A DNA stretch of 40,082 bases, taken from positions 12,548,272 to 12,588,353 of the forward strand of contig NC_068981.1 in the NCBI RefSeq assembly GCF_001194135.2, read 5' to 3'. A model generated the notes under the pieces. The model saw only the letters and a list, made by a program, of their open reading frames with translations. It did no database searches and had not been told where the DNA came from. This DNA comes from Octopus bimaculoides. Taxonomy: Eukaryota. Position numbers and translations under genes: made by a program. Below, one piece after another: positions 22,705-34,308 of the stretch; positions within the stretch are counted from its first letter, which is position 1; every line of letters begins with the position of its first letter.

Positions 22705-23718
22705 TATTAGGCCATCAGTTACATAGACAGCTATATTTAATAACTATGCTGACGACACAAATGAAATATAAGTGGTCAAGGAACCTTCCGATGCTGATGA
22801 TTTCCTACAAAAACAGACCTAGATTCCAAATATAAATGGGCTGAAGACAACAGCAAGCAACTTCATGGAGGGAACTTCCAAGCCCTCCACTCTCACTTGG
22901 CTAGTGCTCACATGCTGTAACAACGATACTTAAGACGAAAAGGAGCTGCAATCCCTGAGTCAAATACAGTGCGTGATCTAGGGGACTAAGCAACGACAAC
23001 TGTGTTCATGTACATATCTCCAGCATGGTAAAAATGTGCAAGTGAATGTTCGGATGGATTCTGAGAACCTTCAAAACAAGGGACGAAGAAATTATGCTGG
23101 TTCTACGGAAGACATTTGTACTCAGCCATCTGGATCTCTGATCTGAAATATGGTCACCCCAAAGTGTCAAAATTAATTGTGGGACTTGAGGCAGTTCAAT
23201 GGTACTACACTAGGGAGATCGCATCAATGGAACAGATGAGCTACTGGAAGACACTGAATAAACTACGACTCTACTGCCTGGAGCGAAGATAGGGGAGGTA
23301 TACTGTGGTATACTTATAGAAGCTCCTTGAGGGGTTGGCACCAAACTTCGGTTTCAAGAGCTATACTAACCCCAGAAATGGACGTCACTGCATTGTTCCA
23401 AAAGCTCTCAGCTTACACATCAAGAGCGGGGAACATGTACTGCAATAACTTGTAATTAGAGGGACGCACAGCTATTTAGTCCACTACCAAAACATCTGAG
23501 AGATCTTCAGAGAGGTGTTTCCAAGAAACAACTTTGTCTTCTGCTTTCCAGGGTTCCAGATGAACCTATAACACAGGAAGATACTCAAAAGAGGACAATG
23601 GGGTTGAACTCCTACCTTCACCAAATGCCAATGGAATAAGAGTGGCCATTGACAAGCTAATTAGACTATCAGTGCCAGAGCATGGCCACAGCGTTTGAGC
23701 TGAAACATATAAAAGAAT
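22705..23718 (+). mobile_element. Decayed CR1-like LINE, RT C-terminal half through the 3' end
   Basis: Translations include NYADDT, YKWAEDN, VRDLG, GWILRTFKTRDEEIML, IWSP, LEAVQ, YWKTLNKLRLYCLERR and LLSRVPDEP. The 3' tail gtgccagagcatggccacagc...ctgaaaca is followed by (TA)n. Confidence 0.92.
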
Positions 23719-24519
23719 ATATATATATATANNNNNNNNNNNNNNNNNNNNNNNNNNNNNNNNNNNNNNNNNNNNNNNNNNNNNNNNNNNNNNNNNNNNN
23801 NNNNNNNNNNNNNNNNNNNNNNNNNNNNNNNNNNNNNNNNNNNNNNNNNNNNNNNNNNNNNNNNNNNNNNNNNNNNNNNNNNNNNNNNNNNNNNNNNNNN
23901 NNNNNNNNNNNNNNNNNNNNNNNNNNNNNNNNNNNNNNNNNNNNNNNNNNNNNNNNNNNNNNNNNNNNNNNNNNNNNNNNNNNNNNNNNNNNNNNNNNNN
24001 NNNNNNNNNNNNNNNNNNNNNNNNNNNNNNNNNNNNNNNNNNNNNNNNNNNNNNNNNNNNNNNNNNNNNNNNNNNNNNNNNNNNNNNNNNNNNNNNNNNN
24101 NNNNNNNNNNNNNNNNNNNNNNNNNNNNNNNNNNNNNNNNNNNNNNNNNNNNNNNNNNNNNNNNNNNNNNNNNNNNNNNNNNNNNNNNNNNNNNNNNNNN
24201 NNNNNNNNNNNNNNNNNNNNNNNNNNNNNNNNNNNNNNNNNNNNNNNNNNNNNNNNNNNNNNNNNNNNNNNNNNNNNNNNNNNNNNNNNNNNNNNNNNNN
24301 NNNNNNNNNNNNNNNNNNNNNNNNNNNNNNNNNNNNNNNNNNNNNNNNNNNNNNNNNNNNNNNNNNNNNNNNNNNNNNNNNNNNNNNNNNNNNNNNNNNN
24401 NNNNNNNNNNNNNNNNNNNNNNNNNNNNNNNNNNNNNNNNNNNNNNNNNNNNNNNNNNNNNNNNNNNNNNNNNNNNNNNNNNNNNNNNNNNNNNNNNNNN
24501 NNNNNNGAGAGAGAGAGAT

Positions 24520-24552
<33 letters not shown>

Positions 24553-25043
24553 TTCAAGGCTGGTCGAAACATTGTGCGTGGTGTGAGAGAGTGAGGGTAA
24601 GGAGAGTACATGCGTTTAAGATATACAGAAATCTGATATGTCTTTAAGCATATAGACTCAAATTTTCTGCTCTCTGATCATATGGTGTCACAAGAGTGTT
24701 GATGATGTCTCTGTGAGCGAAAGCCATATTTACTATTTCGAAATCCCGTCTTTAGTTTCACTGCTATTCCTAGCAGTTGGATCTGTTTACGTTTCTTCGG
24801 TATGAGACATCGCAAAGAGAAAATAAATACGAGTAAATTAGTCTACTTTAGTCATTTGATACAAAACCGAATATAAATGTAAGTCTCAGATTAGGATGAG
24901 ACTCTCATATTTACATTCAAACATTGATAAATATAGACACATATATGATCACACACGTATAAATATATTCATATAAATATTTATTCATATCTGTGTATAT
25001 CTGTTGTGCATTTGCGTTTGTGGATATGTAGAAAAACACACTG

Positions 25044-25107
<64 letters not shown>

Positions 25108-25167
25108 CTAGCTATCGAACAGTCTGTCTTTCCATCTATTTATTCATCTACTCTTTCTCTCCTTGTT

Positions 25168-25206
<39 letters not shown>

Positions 25207-25382
25207 CGCTCGCTCACAAACTCTGTTTCTCACTCACTCTCTCTTTTTGTCTTTCTTTTTTCTTTCATTCTTTCATTCTTTCTTTCTCTCTCTTTCTCTC
25301 TCTCTTTGCATGCACATATATATGCGTGTGTGTGTGCGTGCGTGTGTGTGTGTGTGCATGCGTGTGTATGTACGTATATTCG

Positions 25383-25760
25383 TTTATTCTTGTATTGCTT
25401 TCATCCCAAACATTGTGGCCATGCTTGTGCATAGGCAATATCTATACCTTATTAATGGCCATTCTCGTGTGGTACACTTTTGTATTTTGCTGCTCTCATT
25501 TGAATTTCTTGCACTCTTGTAGGTTCATCTTGTGTCTTGTACAGCAGAAGGTCAAATTTCTTTTCAGGAACATCTACCCCCACTCCAGGTCGAGCTCTCA
25601 GACATTTTGGCAAATTATTAGATAGCTGCTGGCCTTCGCATTGCAAGCTATTGTAGTACCTGCCCCTTACTCTAGACGGGATGCATTACGTAAACTTTTG
25701 CAATGTCCGAACATTATTAGTCTGTGTAATTATATAGACCAGCTCTTATCGGTTTAGGAG
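25383..25760 (-). mobile_element. 3' end of a second CR1-like LINE
   Basis: ORF 25452-25646 (QLSNNLPKCLRARPGVGVDVPEKKFDLLLYKTQDEPT) is homologous to 23455-23630, and its tail agcatggccacaatgtttgggatgaaagca matches the LINE/SINE tail. Confidence 0.8.
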
Positions 25761-25929
25761 AAATCTGACTATTAACTGAGTCAGTCGTGAAGATCGCCCC
25801 ACTCACATTTAACAAGGTGGGGGTAGGCAGAGTCACTCCCTCTGGCAGAGCAGATCGTATGGTGAAAGAAAATAAAAGGATTCAGAACAGTTACCTTTCC
25901 TTTCACTAAATTCATCAGCAACATTTTCA

Positions 25930-26290
25930 AGTCCATTTTTGGAAAACGAAATGGAAATGGAGCGGGAAGTGCTCGCTCCCAATGAAATCTTCAATACGTA
26001 ATTGCTTTTGGTACACTTATAATGGAGACTGGAACTACTTTAAGAGTATTACTCTAGATTAGAGAGCGATAATTAGGTGAAGTTTTGAGACCTTGGTATC
26101 CAGGATGATCCTGTGTCTTCCGGCCCCTTTGACTGACACTCGCTTAAGACTCTTGTGTATCAGAAGGAATTCATCATCCGCATATTTTGTATACAATATA
26201 TACAGTTCTTATCTCATCACCTCCTTCTCTGATTTTCTTTCGTATCATCTCTTCTAAAGTCCCCATATCTGATAACCCTGTGATACAGAA
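25930..26290 (-). mobile_element. Possible decayed APE-endonuclease fragment of a LINE
   Basis: Minus-strand EDFIGSEHFPLHFHF resembles the GSDHxPI motif, with GYQIWG further upstream. Frames are broken. Confidence 0.3.
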
Positions 26291-26414
26291 TAATTTATTA
26301 TAATCATATCATTATTATTGTGTTAGAGAGCAGTGCATGTCATCAAAGTGACAGTGGAGTAAAATATACGAAGTCCAGTATACCCATCATGACTACCCGT
26401 CTGGTAAGGGCTTT

Positions 26415-26466
26415 ATCATTATTATTATTATTTTTATTATTATTATTATCATTATTATTATTATTA

Positions 26467-26502
<36 letters not shown>

Positions 26503-26567
26503 GTAGTAGTAGTAGTAGTAGTAATAGTAGTAGCAATTTTGGTAGTAGTAGTTGTTGTAGTAATAGC

Positions 26568-26634
<67 letters not shown>

Positions 26635-26640
26635 ACAGCA
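26415..26640. repeat. (TTA)n/(TAG)n trinucleotide array
   Basis: Directly visible. Confidence 0.95.
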
Positions 26641-26667
26641 GCATAGTGTAAACATATAACAAATACA

Positions 26668-26960
<293 letters not shown>

Positions 26961-27468
26961 ATATATATCAGCTGATATATGCATATGTAAATTTTACGAT
27001 CTATATAAATATGATGAAATCTATATAAATCTATATAAAACAAATATCAGGTGTACATGTATGTTTATGATAGGTAACGGACAGTGTAGGTACATTACTT
27101 CAGTGCTTGTCCCACTAACATCACGCTCTTCTTAAAATATTAGCAAAATTTTTGAGATTCACTTTCTAATGATAGGTTAGTGTTGCATTCGTGTAAGTTA
27201 TTTCGCTTAACCACAACATTAAAGAAGTTTTATAAGATTAAAACCAATAAAAAAAAGGACTATGGATATATATTGATCCTTTGCAATCATTCGCAATCGT
27301 TTGTGCAATCGTCAGGCCGCTAGCATGTGAAGCACTAACTGTATTTGATGATGTCATCGTAAAGTCACAATAGTTGACGTGGATAAACTGACTGCGGATA
27401 AAAGTTGCTCCCTTATAAGAAACAGTAATACCACCTTCTATATATAAAAACACATAAGCACGCGCGTG

Positions 27469-27524
<56 letters not shown>

Positions 27525-28289
27525 CAAACAAACATACGCGCGCTCAAGTAGATGGAAAGTAAAATCTCTTCATATAATACGGATTACAATATATAATTGC
27601 TCGGATTAGGATATAATAGGGATTTGTAATATACACGTTTCATTAACACACTAACACAATATAAAGTCTTGTATACGGAAATATGGGTAGATGACTCAAT
27701 GACGTTTTGTAAATATCACAGGAGTATAAATAGTACTGTTATAGCTGACAGATATCGTAATGAATTACTATTTGTCAATCCACAGGTCAACACTATGATG
27801 AAATACAATTCATCTTTGAACAGGAAAATAAGAGCAGAACCACATTAAGCGTCAGAATGCAAGAGATTTGTCTATCATTTCTCGCAGATAAAATCTGATA
27901 AAAATTATGTATCACCACTACTGAATTATAACTTATCAAAGACTCTTGTACACGCCGACTAAATATTAGAATGCTAGCAGAATGAGTTTTTTCTCGTTTG
28001 GAACAGAGCATATATACTGCGATGTGATGCAAATTCTCAAGAACTAACTTAACTGATTATTAAATACTATGCGAGTTTGGAATATTAATTTCTTGACCCA
28101 GGATTTGAAGAGACTCATTGTAGATTGACCAATCAGAATGTTTGAACTCAAGATACATTAACGATGTGTCGTTTGCAATACCCTGTCTAATTTAAAGCTC
28201 ACCTTTACAAGATTTTTCAAATGTAAGATGATGGCAAGAAGTCCTGATGCCATAGACCCTGTCGCTATTCAATTTTATCAACGCCGTTG

Positions 28290-28384
28290 GAGGCCAAAGA
28301 GCATGATTTGATCTCAGCACGTAAAGGCCCGAAACAAATGACACGATGTATTTCTCTCGATGCGAAAGCGATTCTGCCAGCCCA
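28290..28384 (-). mobile_element. Diverged SINE family B head
   Basis: gatttgatctcagcacgtaaaggcccgaaacaaatgac aligns with aatttgaactcagaacgtaacagcagacgaaatacc (30309-30344) and continues to cgattctgccagc. Confidence 0.55.
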
Positions 28385-28750
28385 GAATGTTCACCTCTGA
28401 AAGATTGAGAGAACATATAGCGTCAAGTAAAAGAATTCAAGAGATTTAAAGCCTTTCGAACAGCAAAACTTGGAGTAAATTATATTTACCGCTAAAAAAC
28501 TACAACTAAACCTAAATTGACTAAAGTACATACTGTCAAGAAAATTTTATATGCAGCGTAACTGTAATATCACGTAACTGTAATATCAAAAGTAACAATA
28601 AGAATAATATACCAGCCGTCCATCAATTCATTCATCACTCCATATATATGTGTAAATGAGTGTGTGTGTGTGTGTTTGTTTGGGTGTGTGTGTACGTGTC
28701 TGTGTGTATACATACATATTTACGTATTTTCGCTCAATAAACAATCACAA

Positions 28751-28824
28751 CGCCCTGTCTGGGAATCGAAACCGCCATCCTACGACCACGAGTCCGCTGC
28801 CCTAAATACTGGGCCATTGCGCCC
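28751..28824 (-). mobile_element. tRNA-like SINE head (family D-like)
   Basis: Reverse complement GGCGCAATGGCCCAGT...GGTTTCGATTCCCAGAC has A- and B-box-like motifs, lacks a proper cloverleaf, and resembles 37960-38030. Confidence 0.65.
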
Positions 28825-28994
28825 CCACATTCGAATTAGCATGTAAGCAATTAACTCTACCTCTAATACGTGTAGACTTAATGTAATTCTGAAGCGCTAT
28901 AGTTTGACAGTGTGTCAAGGCTGTACATTTAATTAACAGTTAAATACCATATTGTGGGGTCTACCTCATTTCACGTCTACGTAATTTCATTCGC

Positions 28995-29100
28995 AAGGTA
29001 TCGGTCGACCGGTGGCTATAGAGAATATGGCTTACTCGAGATGTCACATGGACATCATGACTCCGAAACGAACTTTCGAAACCATTCAACGACACCATGC
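28995..29100 (-). mobile_element. Diverged SINE family A, 5' part
   Basis: ggtatcggtcgaccggtggctatagagaatatggcttactcgag aligns with ggctttggtcggaccgaggctatagtagaagacacttgcccaag (11434-11477). Confidence 0.5.
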
Positions 29101-29223
29101 TATACATGAATAATAACAGAAGCACATTATTTATTCAAGGTTTGATACTGAATCTATGAAAAATTTACAATCGAATGCTATATATATGTAATCGTTGCTG
29201 CGCGGAAAATATGTTTTAATAGA

Positions 29224-29437
29224 ATGGTGGCTATGTAAGAAGTAAGAAATTTGCTTCTCAACCTTATGGCTCCGGGTTCAATACAACAGCGTCGCACTTT
29301 TACCATTTGTTTTGTTTGTGTGTGCGTTGTCCTTGGCTTTAAAATGCAAGTAGTCGGAGCGATTTGTTCAAGTAAAAATCTCAAATTAGTGCTGCCGCGA
29401 TGCTGAAGTCCAATGACTGGAACAAGCAATAGATAAA
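29224..29437 (+). mobile_element. Diverged SINE family A with internal deletion
   Basis: Head gtggctatg...gtaagaaatttgcttctcaaccttatggctccgggttcaat joined to tail gcgatttgttcaagt...gtgctgccgcgatg...gtccaatgactggaacaag. Confidence 0.65.
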
Positions 29438-29790
29438 AGATGCGCTACATATGAAACATGTGATCAACCGGTATATTCTAGCAATCTTGTCTACATAAAC
29501 GCAGGCTGACAAAGAAGCCAACACGTGCATGTAGCGTAACACATGTAGCGTTGCCAATAATACATGCTAAAGAAATTTAAAACAACAACAAAACAATGAC
29601 ATAACGTATAATGTATGCGTTTCTGTGTTTAAAGACAGAGAGTAACGACTGATGCAACGCAAACTACGAAATCAACGACATTAAATAATGAAATGTCGAG
29701 CCAAAGAAGGAATGTCTGTATGTCTAGTGTCGCTTCCTTTGCATGGAAGAGTATGACGCGTATTACAGATGGTACTGTTCGATGTATTGA

Positions 29791-29813
29791 AAGAAGAAGA
29801 AGAAGAAGAAGAA

Positions 29814-29845
<32 letters not shown>

Positions 29846-29848
29846 AGA
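29791..29848. repeat. (GAA)n microsatellite
   Basis: Directly visible. Confidence 0.95.
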
Positions 29849-30131
29849 AGTGATTGATGTCTATAAACAATAATTATATACAGGTATATCTGTATTGAAC
29901 TCCGATGAATGGAGAAGAGAAATTACAAAAGGAAAATACTACGAAACACTACAAAGTATTTGGAAACAAGGTTTCACGTTCAACTCTCAAAGTGATGGCT
30001 TCTGAAATATTATTCGATTCTAATAATAATGTAAATAATTTTAGAAACAAACTGGTTCTAAATTTACGAAAATATAGTATTACTGCTATATGATATTTAT
30101 AAAGAAACAGGCAAACATGAGCAGGTGTTAT

Positions 30132-30161
<30 letters not shown>

Positions 30162-30163
<2 letters not shown>

Positions 30164-30353
30164 TTCTTTATTACCTACAGGGGGCTAAACACAGACAGGA
30201 CACACAAGGACAGACAAAGCCATTAAGTCGATTTCATCGACCCCAGTGCGTAACTGATACTTATTTAATCGACCCCGAAAGGGTGAAAGTCAAAGTCGAC
30301 CTCGGCGGAATTTGAACTCAGAACGTAACAGCAGACGAAATACCGCTGGGCAT
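30162..30353 (-). mobile_element. SINE family B, 5' truncated
   Basis: atttctttatt...aagtcgatttcatcgaccccagtgcgtaactgatacttatttaatcgaccccgaaagggtgaaagtcaaagtcgacctcggcggaatttgaactcag; the B-box is GAGTTCAAATT on the minus strand. Confidence 0.8.
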
Positions 30354-30418
30354 GTGCATGTATGTATGTATGTATATATGTATGTATGTATATGCATGCA
30401 TATTACTACCTTATGTAG

Positions 30419-30464
<46 letters not shown>

Positions 30465-30652
30465 GCGTGCGTGCGTGTGTGTGTGTGTGTGCGTGCATGT
30501 GTGTGTGAGCATATATACATATGTATGTTCATACAGAAGTGTGTATATATAAACACGCCCGTTCACATTCACTAAAAGAGACATACATGAATGTGTTACA
30601 TACATATAAATGCATATACTTATACATACACACATGCATGTATATTGATATA

Positions 30653-30745
30653 TGAGGCGGTGAGGTGCTGAAAGTTTCCTGGCTTTAAGTGTGTCACAAA
30701 ATGCCTGGTTGGAGGCCCAGCCTCGTGACTTCTTTTGTGGGGCTT
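30653..30745 (+). mobile_element. Mariner-TIR-like fragment fused to a SINE body
   Basis: TA|tgagg...gaggtgctgaaagtttcctggctt resembles the mariner TIR at 314/1192 (gaggtggtatcaaatggttcccggac) and does not match the head of other family A copies. Confidence 0.5.
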
Positions 30746-30998
30746 AGAAACTGAAAGAAGCCCGTCGTATATATGTATATATATATGTGTGTGTGTGTGT
30801 CTGTGTCTGTGTGTCTGTGTCTGTCCCCCCAACATCGCTTGACAACCGATGCTAGTGTGCTTAGCCGTTCGGCAAAAGGGACGGATAGAATAAGTACTAG
30901 ACTTACAAAGAATAAGTCCTGGGGTCGATTTGCTCGACTAAAGGCGGTGCTCCAGCATGGCCGCAGTCAAATGACTGAAACAAAAGAGTAAAAGAGTA
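30746..30998 (+). mobile_element. SINE family A, body and 3' tail
   Basis: gaaactgaaagaagcccgtcg-(TA/TG)n-gtcccccaacatcgcttgacaaccgatgct...ggcggtgctccagcatggccgcagtcaaatgactgaaacaaaagagtaaaagagta. Confidence 0.9.
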
Positions 30999-32309
30999 CA
31001 TATATATATATATATATATATATGAAGGAGATGTTTCTATGTGGCTTGCTTGTTTGTTGTACCTTGTTTATCATTTTGTCCATGTTCTTTTGCCACGTCA
31101 TGTACCCAGTCATNNNNNNNNNNNNNNNNNNNNNNNNNNNNNNNNNNNNNNNNNNNNNNNNNNNNNNNNNNNNNNNNNNNNNNNNNNNNNNNNNNNNNNN
31201 NNNNNNNNNNNNNNNNNNNNNNNNNNNNNNNNNNNNNNNNNNNNNNNNNNNNNNNNNNNNNNNNNNNNNNNNNNNNNNNNNNNNNNNNNNNNNNNNNNNN
31301 NNNNNNNNNNNNNNNNNNNNNNNNNNNNNNNNNNNNNNNNNNNNNNNNNNNNNNNNNNNNNNNNNNNNNNNNNNNNNNNNNNNNNNNNNNNNNNNNNNNN
31401 NNNNNNNNNNNNNNNNNNNNNNNNNNNNNNNNNNNNNNNNNNNNNNNNNNNNNNNNNNNNNNNNNNNNNNNNNNNNNNNNNNNNNNNNNNNNNNNNNNNN
31501 NNNNNNNNNNNNNNNNNNNNNNNNNNNNNNNNNNNNNNNNNNNNNNNNNNNNNNNNNNNNNNNNNNNNNNNNNNNNNNNNNNNNNNNNNNNNNNNNNNNN
31601 NNNNNNNNNNNNNNNNNNNNNNNNNNNNNNNNNNNNNNNNNNNNNNNNNNNNNNNNNNNNNNNNNNNNNNNNNNNNNNNNNNNNNNNNNNNNNNNNNNNN
31701 NNNNNNNNNNNNNNNNNNNNNNNNNNNNNNNNNNNNNNNNNNNNNNNNNNNNNNNNNNNNNNNNNNNNNNNNNNNNNNNNNNNNNNNNNNNNNNNNNNNN
31801 NNNNNNNNNNNNNNNNNNNNNNNNNNNNNNNNNNNNNNNNNNNNNNNNNNNNNNNNNNNNNNNNNNNNNNNNNNNNNNNNNNNNNNNNNNNNNNNNNNNN
31901 NNNNNNNNNNNNNNNNNNATATATATATATATATATATAGATATATGTATATATATATGTTTTTGTGCGTGCGTATGTGTGTGTACGAATGTACATATGT
32001 ATATGGACACTTACAAGCAAGCGCATACTCACACGCCCTTTAAGATTTCCATTCAGGCGGAAGGACTACCTCACACAGTTGAGTCACCTGAGACACAGTC
32101 TTGATAACTGGGACGAAAGAAACAATTAAGAATAAGAGAAGGAAATAGATGAAAGGATATCTTTCTGCTGTTGCCAGTGGTAATGATGTCGATGATTACG
32201 AGTTTGATAGCGGTGTTGATGAAAATGTAAAAAAATAAATAAATAAATAAAAATGTGGATGACAGTGATACATGGACGGTAGCAATTAATAATAGGTGGT
32301 AGATAATGA

Positions 32310-32397
32310 TAGCGATGATGACGATGTTGGTGGTGGCGATGATGATGATGACGATGATGACGACGACGACGACGATGATGATGATGATGATGATGGC

Positions 32398-32445
<48 letters not shown>

Positions 32446-32599
32446 AATGATTGTGGCGATCGTGATGAGGATGGCGACCACGTCGATGCTGACGAAGGGA
32501 GAAACCGTAAATTAATGTTGACAATGGAAGATTTGGAATTATCGACACCACGATACTACTACTACCACACCTACTACGACGACCACCACTAACTACTAT

Positions 32600-32635
<36 letters not shown>

Positions 32636-32652
32636 CACAACCACTACTGCTA

Positions 32653-32704
<52 letters not shown>

Positions 32705-32837
32705 CACCACNNNNNNNNNNNNNNNNNNNNNNNNNNNNNNNNNNNNNNNNNNNNNNNNNNNNNNNNNNNNNNNNNNNNNNNNNNNNNNNACCACCACTAC
32801 TACTACTACTACCACCACCACCACCACCACCACCACC

Positions 32838-32871
<34 letters not shown>

Positions 32872-33160
32872 GTACTGCCACTGCTGCTGCTGCTGCGGCT
32901 GCCTCCACTGCTGTTACTACTACTATGAATAATACTTCTGCAGCAGCTGAAGATCCTGTTGCTGTTGGTAGGAATAGTTGTAGTAGTAGTAGGAGTAGTA
33001 ATAGCAGCAGCAGCTGTTGTTGTGATGACTGCGGTGGCGACAAAGCATGTGGTGTGGTGCTGTCGATAGTGTTGGAAGAAGAAGAAGAAGAAGAAGAAGA
33101 AGAAGAAGAAGAAGAAGAAGAAGAAGAAGAAGAAGAAGAAGAAGAAGAAGAAGAAGAAGG
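32310..33160. repeat. Patchwork of trinucleotide arrays: (GAT)n, (ACT)n, (ACC)n, (CTG)n, (TAG)n, (CAG)n, (GAA)n
   Basis: Directly visible; source of the poly-D/V/S/E ORFs in the track. Confidence 0.95.
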
Positions 33161-33939
33161 AGAGGTGCGACATATGAAAATCTCGCGGCACAATAGCAAG
33201 AGGGTAAACAATAAAACGTGCACAATGAATACGAGGTTTGACGGGTGAGGGAATGAAAATGAACGAGATGAATGAGGGTGACATGTTTGGTGGTAATGAA
33301 TGAAAAGCGAAAGAATAAGGCTTAGAAAGGAAAGATACAAGAGGCCACCTCCGCAATTTGTTCTGTTTGTGTAGCATGATCGACAGACTGTGAGCATAGA
33401 AGGGGAGGTTGGATGAGGGCAGAGAGCAGGATAGTGGGAGGGTATATGCGGAGGAGTTGTATGAATATATATATAGAGAGAGAGAGAGACTGATTGTAGA
33501 TAGATTAATGATTAAAGAGAAAAATGTGACTGAGAGTGAGCGGGAGTTTGAGGGTGAAAGTGAGAGAGAAAGAGAGAGAGAGTGAATGAAAGGTGGAGTG
33601 AAGGGAAATGTAGAGAGTGAGTGTTTGATATGAAGCAGACAGGTTTATGGTGGTGAGACGGTACTTGAAGCATATTTATAATAAGTTACTATATTTATAA
33701 CAAATATTTATCTGTATATATGTGTGTATGTTGGTGTGTGTGTGTCTGAATGCTTCTGTGCCTTTGCGTACGTACGTACGTTTCTGTCTGGGTGTATATA
33801 TATGTGGATGTATATATGTATAGGTATCCCGTGGGGTGTATGTACATATGTATGTATGACCGTCTGCGTATGTATATGAATGTATCTCTCACTTCTTCCT
33901 CCCTCTCTGTATACACACACACACATACACACACACACA

Positions 33940-33995
<56 letters not shown>

Positions 33996-34005
33996 CGTAT
34001 ATATA

Positions 34006-34132
34006 CAGGGGGTCCACAAAGTCTGGCTACATGGATTATATAAAATCATAACATAAACAATCAAATATAATAAATAATAATTTCTTAAAGTATGTGATAA
34101 TCCCCATGTACACTGACTTTGTGAACACCCTG
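34006..34132. mobile_element. 127-bp Tc1/mariner-type MITE
   Basis: TA|cagggggtccacaaagtctggctacatgg ... ccatgtacactgactttgtgaacaccctg|TA. The TIRs are ~30 bp with few mismatches, and the element sits in a (TA)n tract. Confidence 0.85.
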
Positions 34133-34308
34133 TATATATNNNNNNNNNNNNNNNNNNNNNNNNNNNNNNNNNNNNNNNNNNNNNNNNNNNNNNNNNNNNN
34201 NNNNNNNNNNNNNNNNNNNNNNNNNNNNNNNNNNNNNNNNNNNNNNNNNNNNNNNNNNNNNNNNNNNNNNNNNNNNNNNNNNNNNNNNNNNNNNNNNNNN
34301 NNNNNNNN

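Noticed and set aside
24657-24799. Open frame ...SVDDVSVSESHIYYFEIPSLVSLLFLAVGSVYVSS before TCG|gtatga
   Set aside because: Poor acceptor, no partner exon and no recognisable family; length is within chance expectation.
25520-25660. Plus-strand exon-like frames (GTSTPTPGRALRHFGKLL...)
   Set aside because: This is the antisense strand of the CR1-like LINE C-terminus on the minus strand.
26170-26195. KYADD on the minus strand as an RT active site
   Set aside because: No surrounding RT motifs; nearby frames look more like an endonuclease relic.
28751-28824. Possible tRNA gene
   Set aside because: A and B boxes are present, but the acceptor and anticodon stems do not form; it is better explained as a SINE head.
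32482-32525. Second hammerhead-like string CTGACGAAGGGAGAAACCGTAAA
   Set aside because: GAAA is interrupted, stem II is only 2 bp and there is no valid NUH site.
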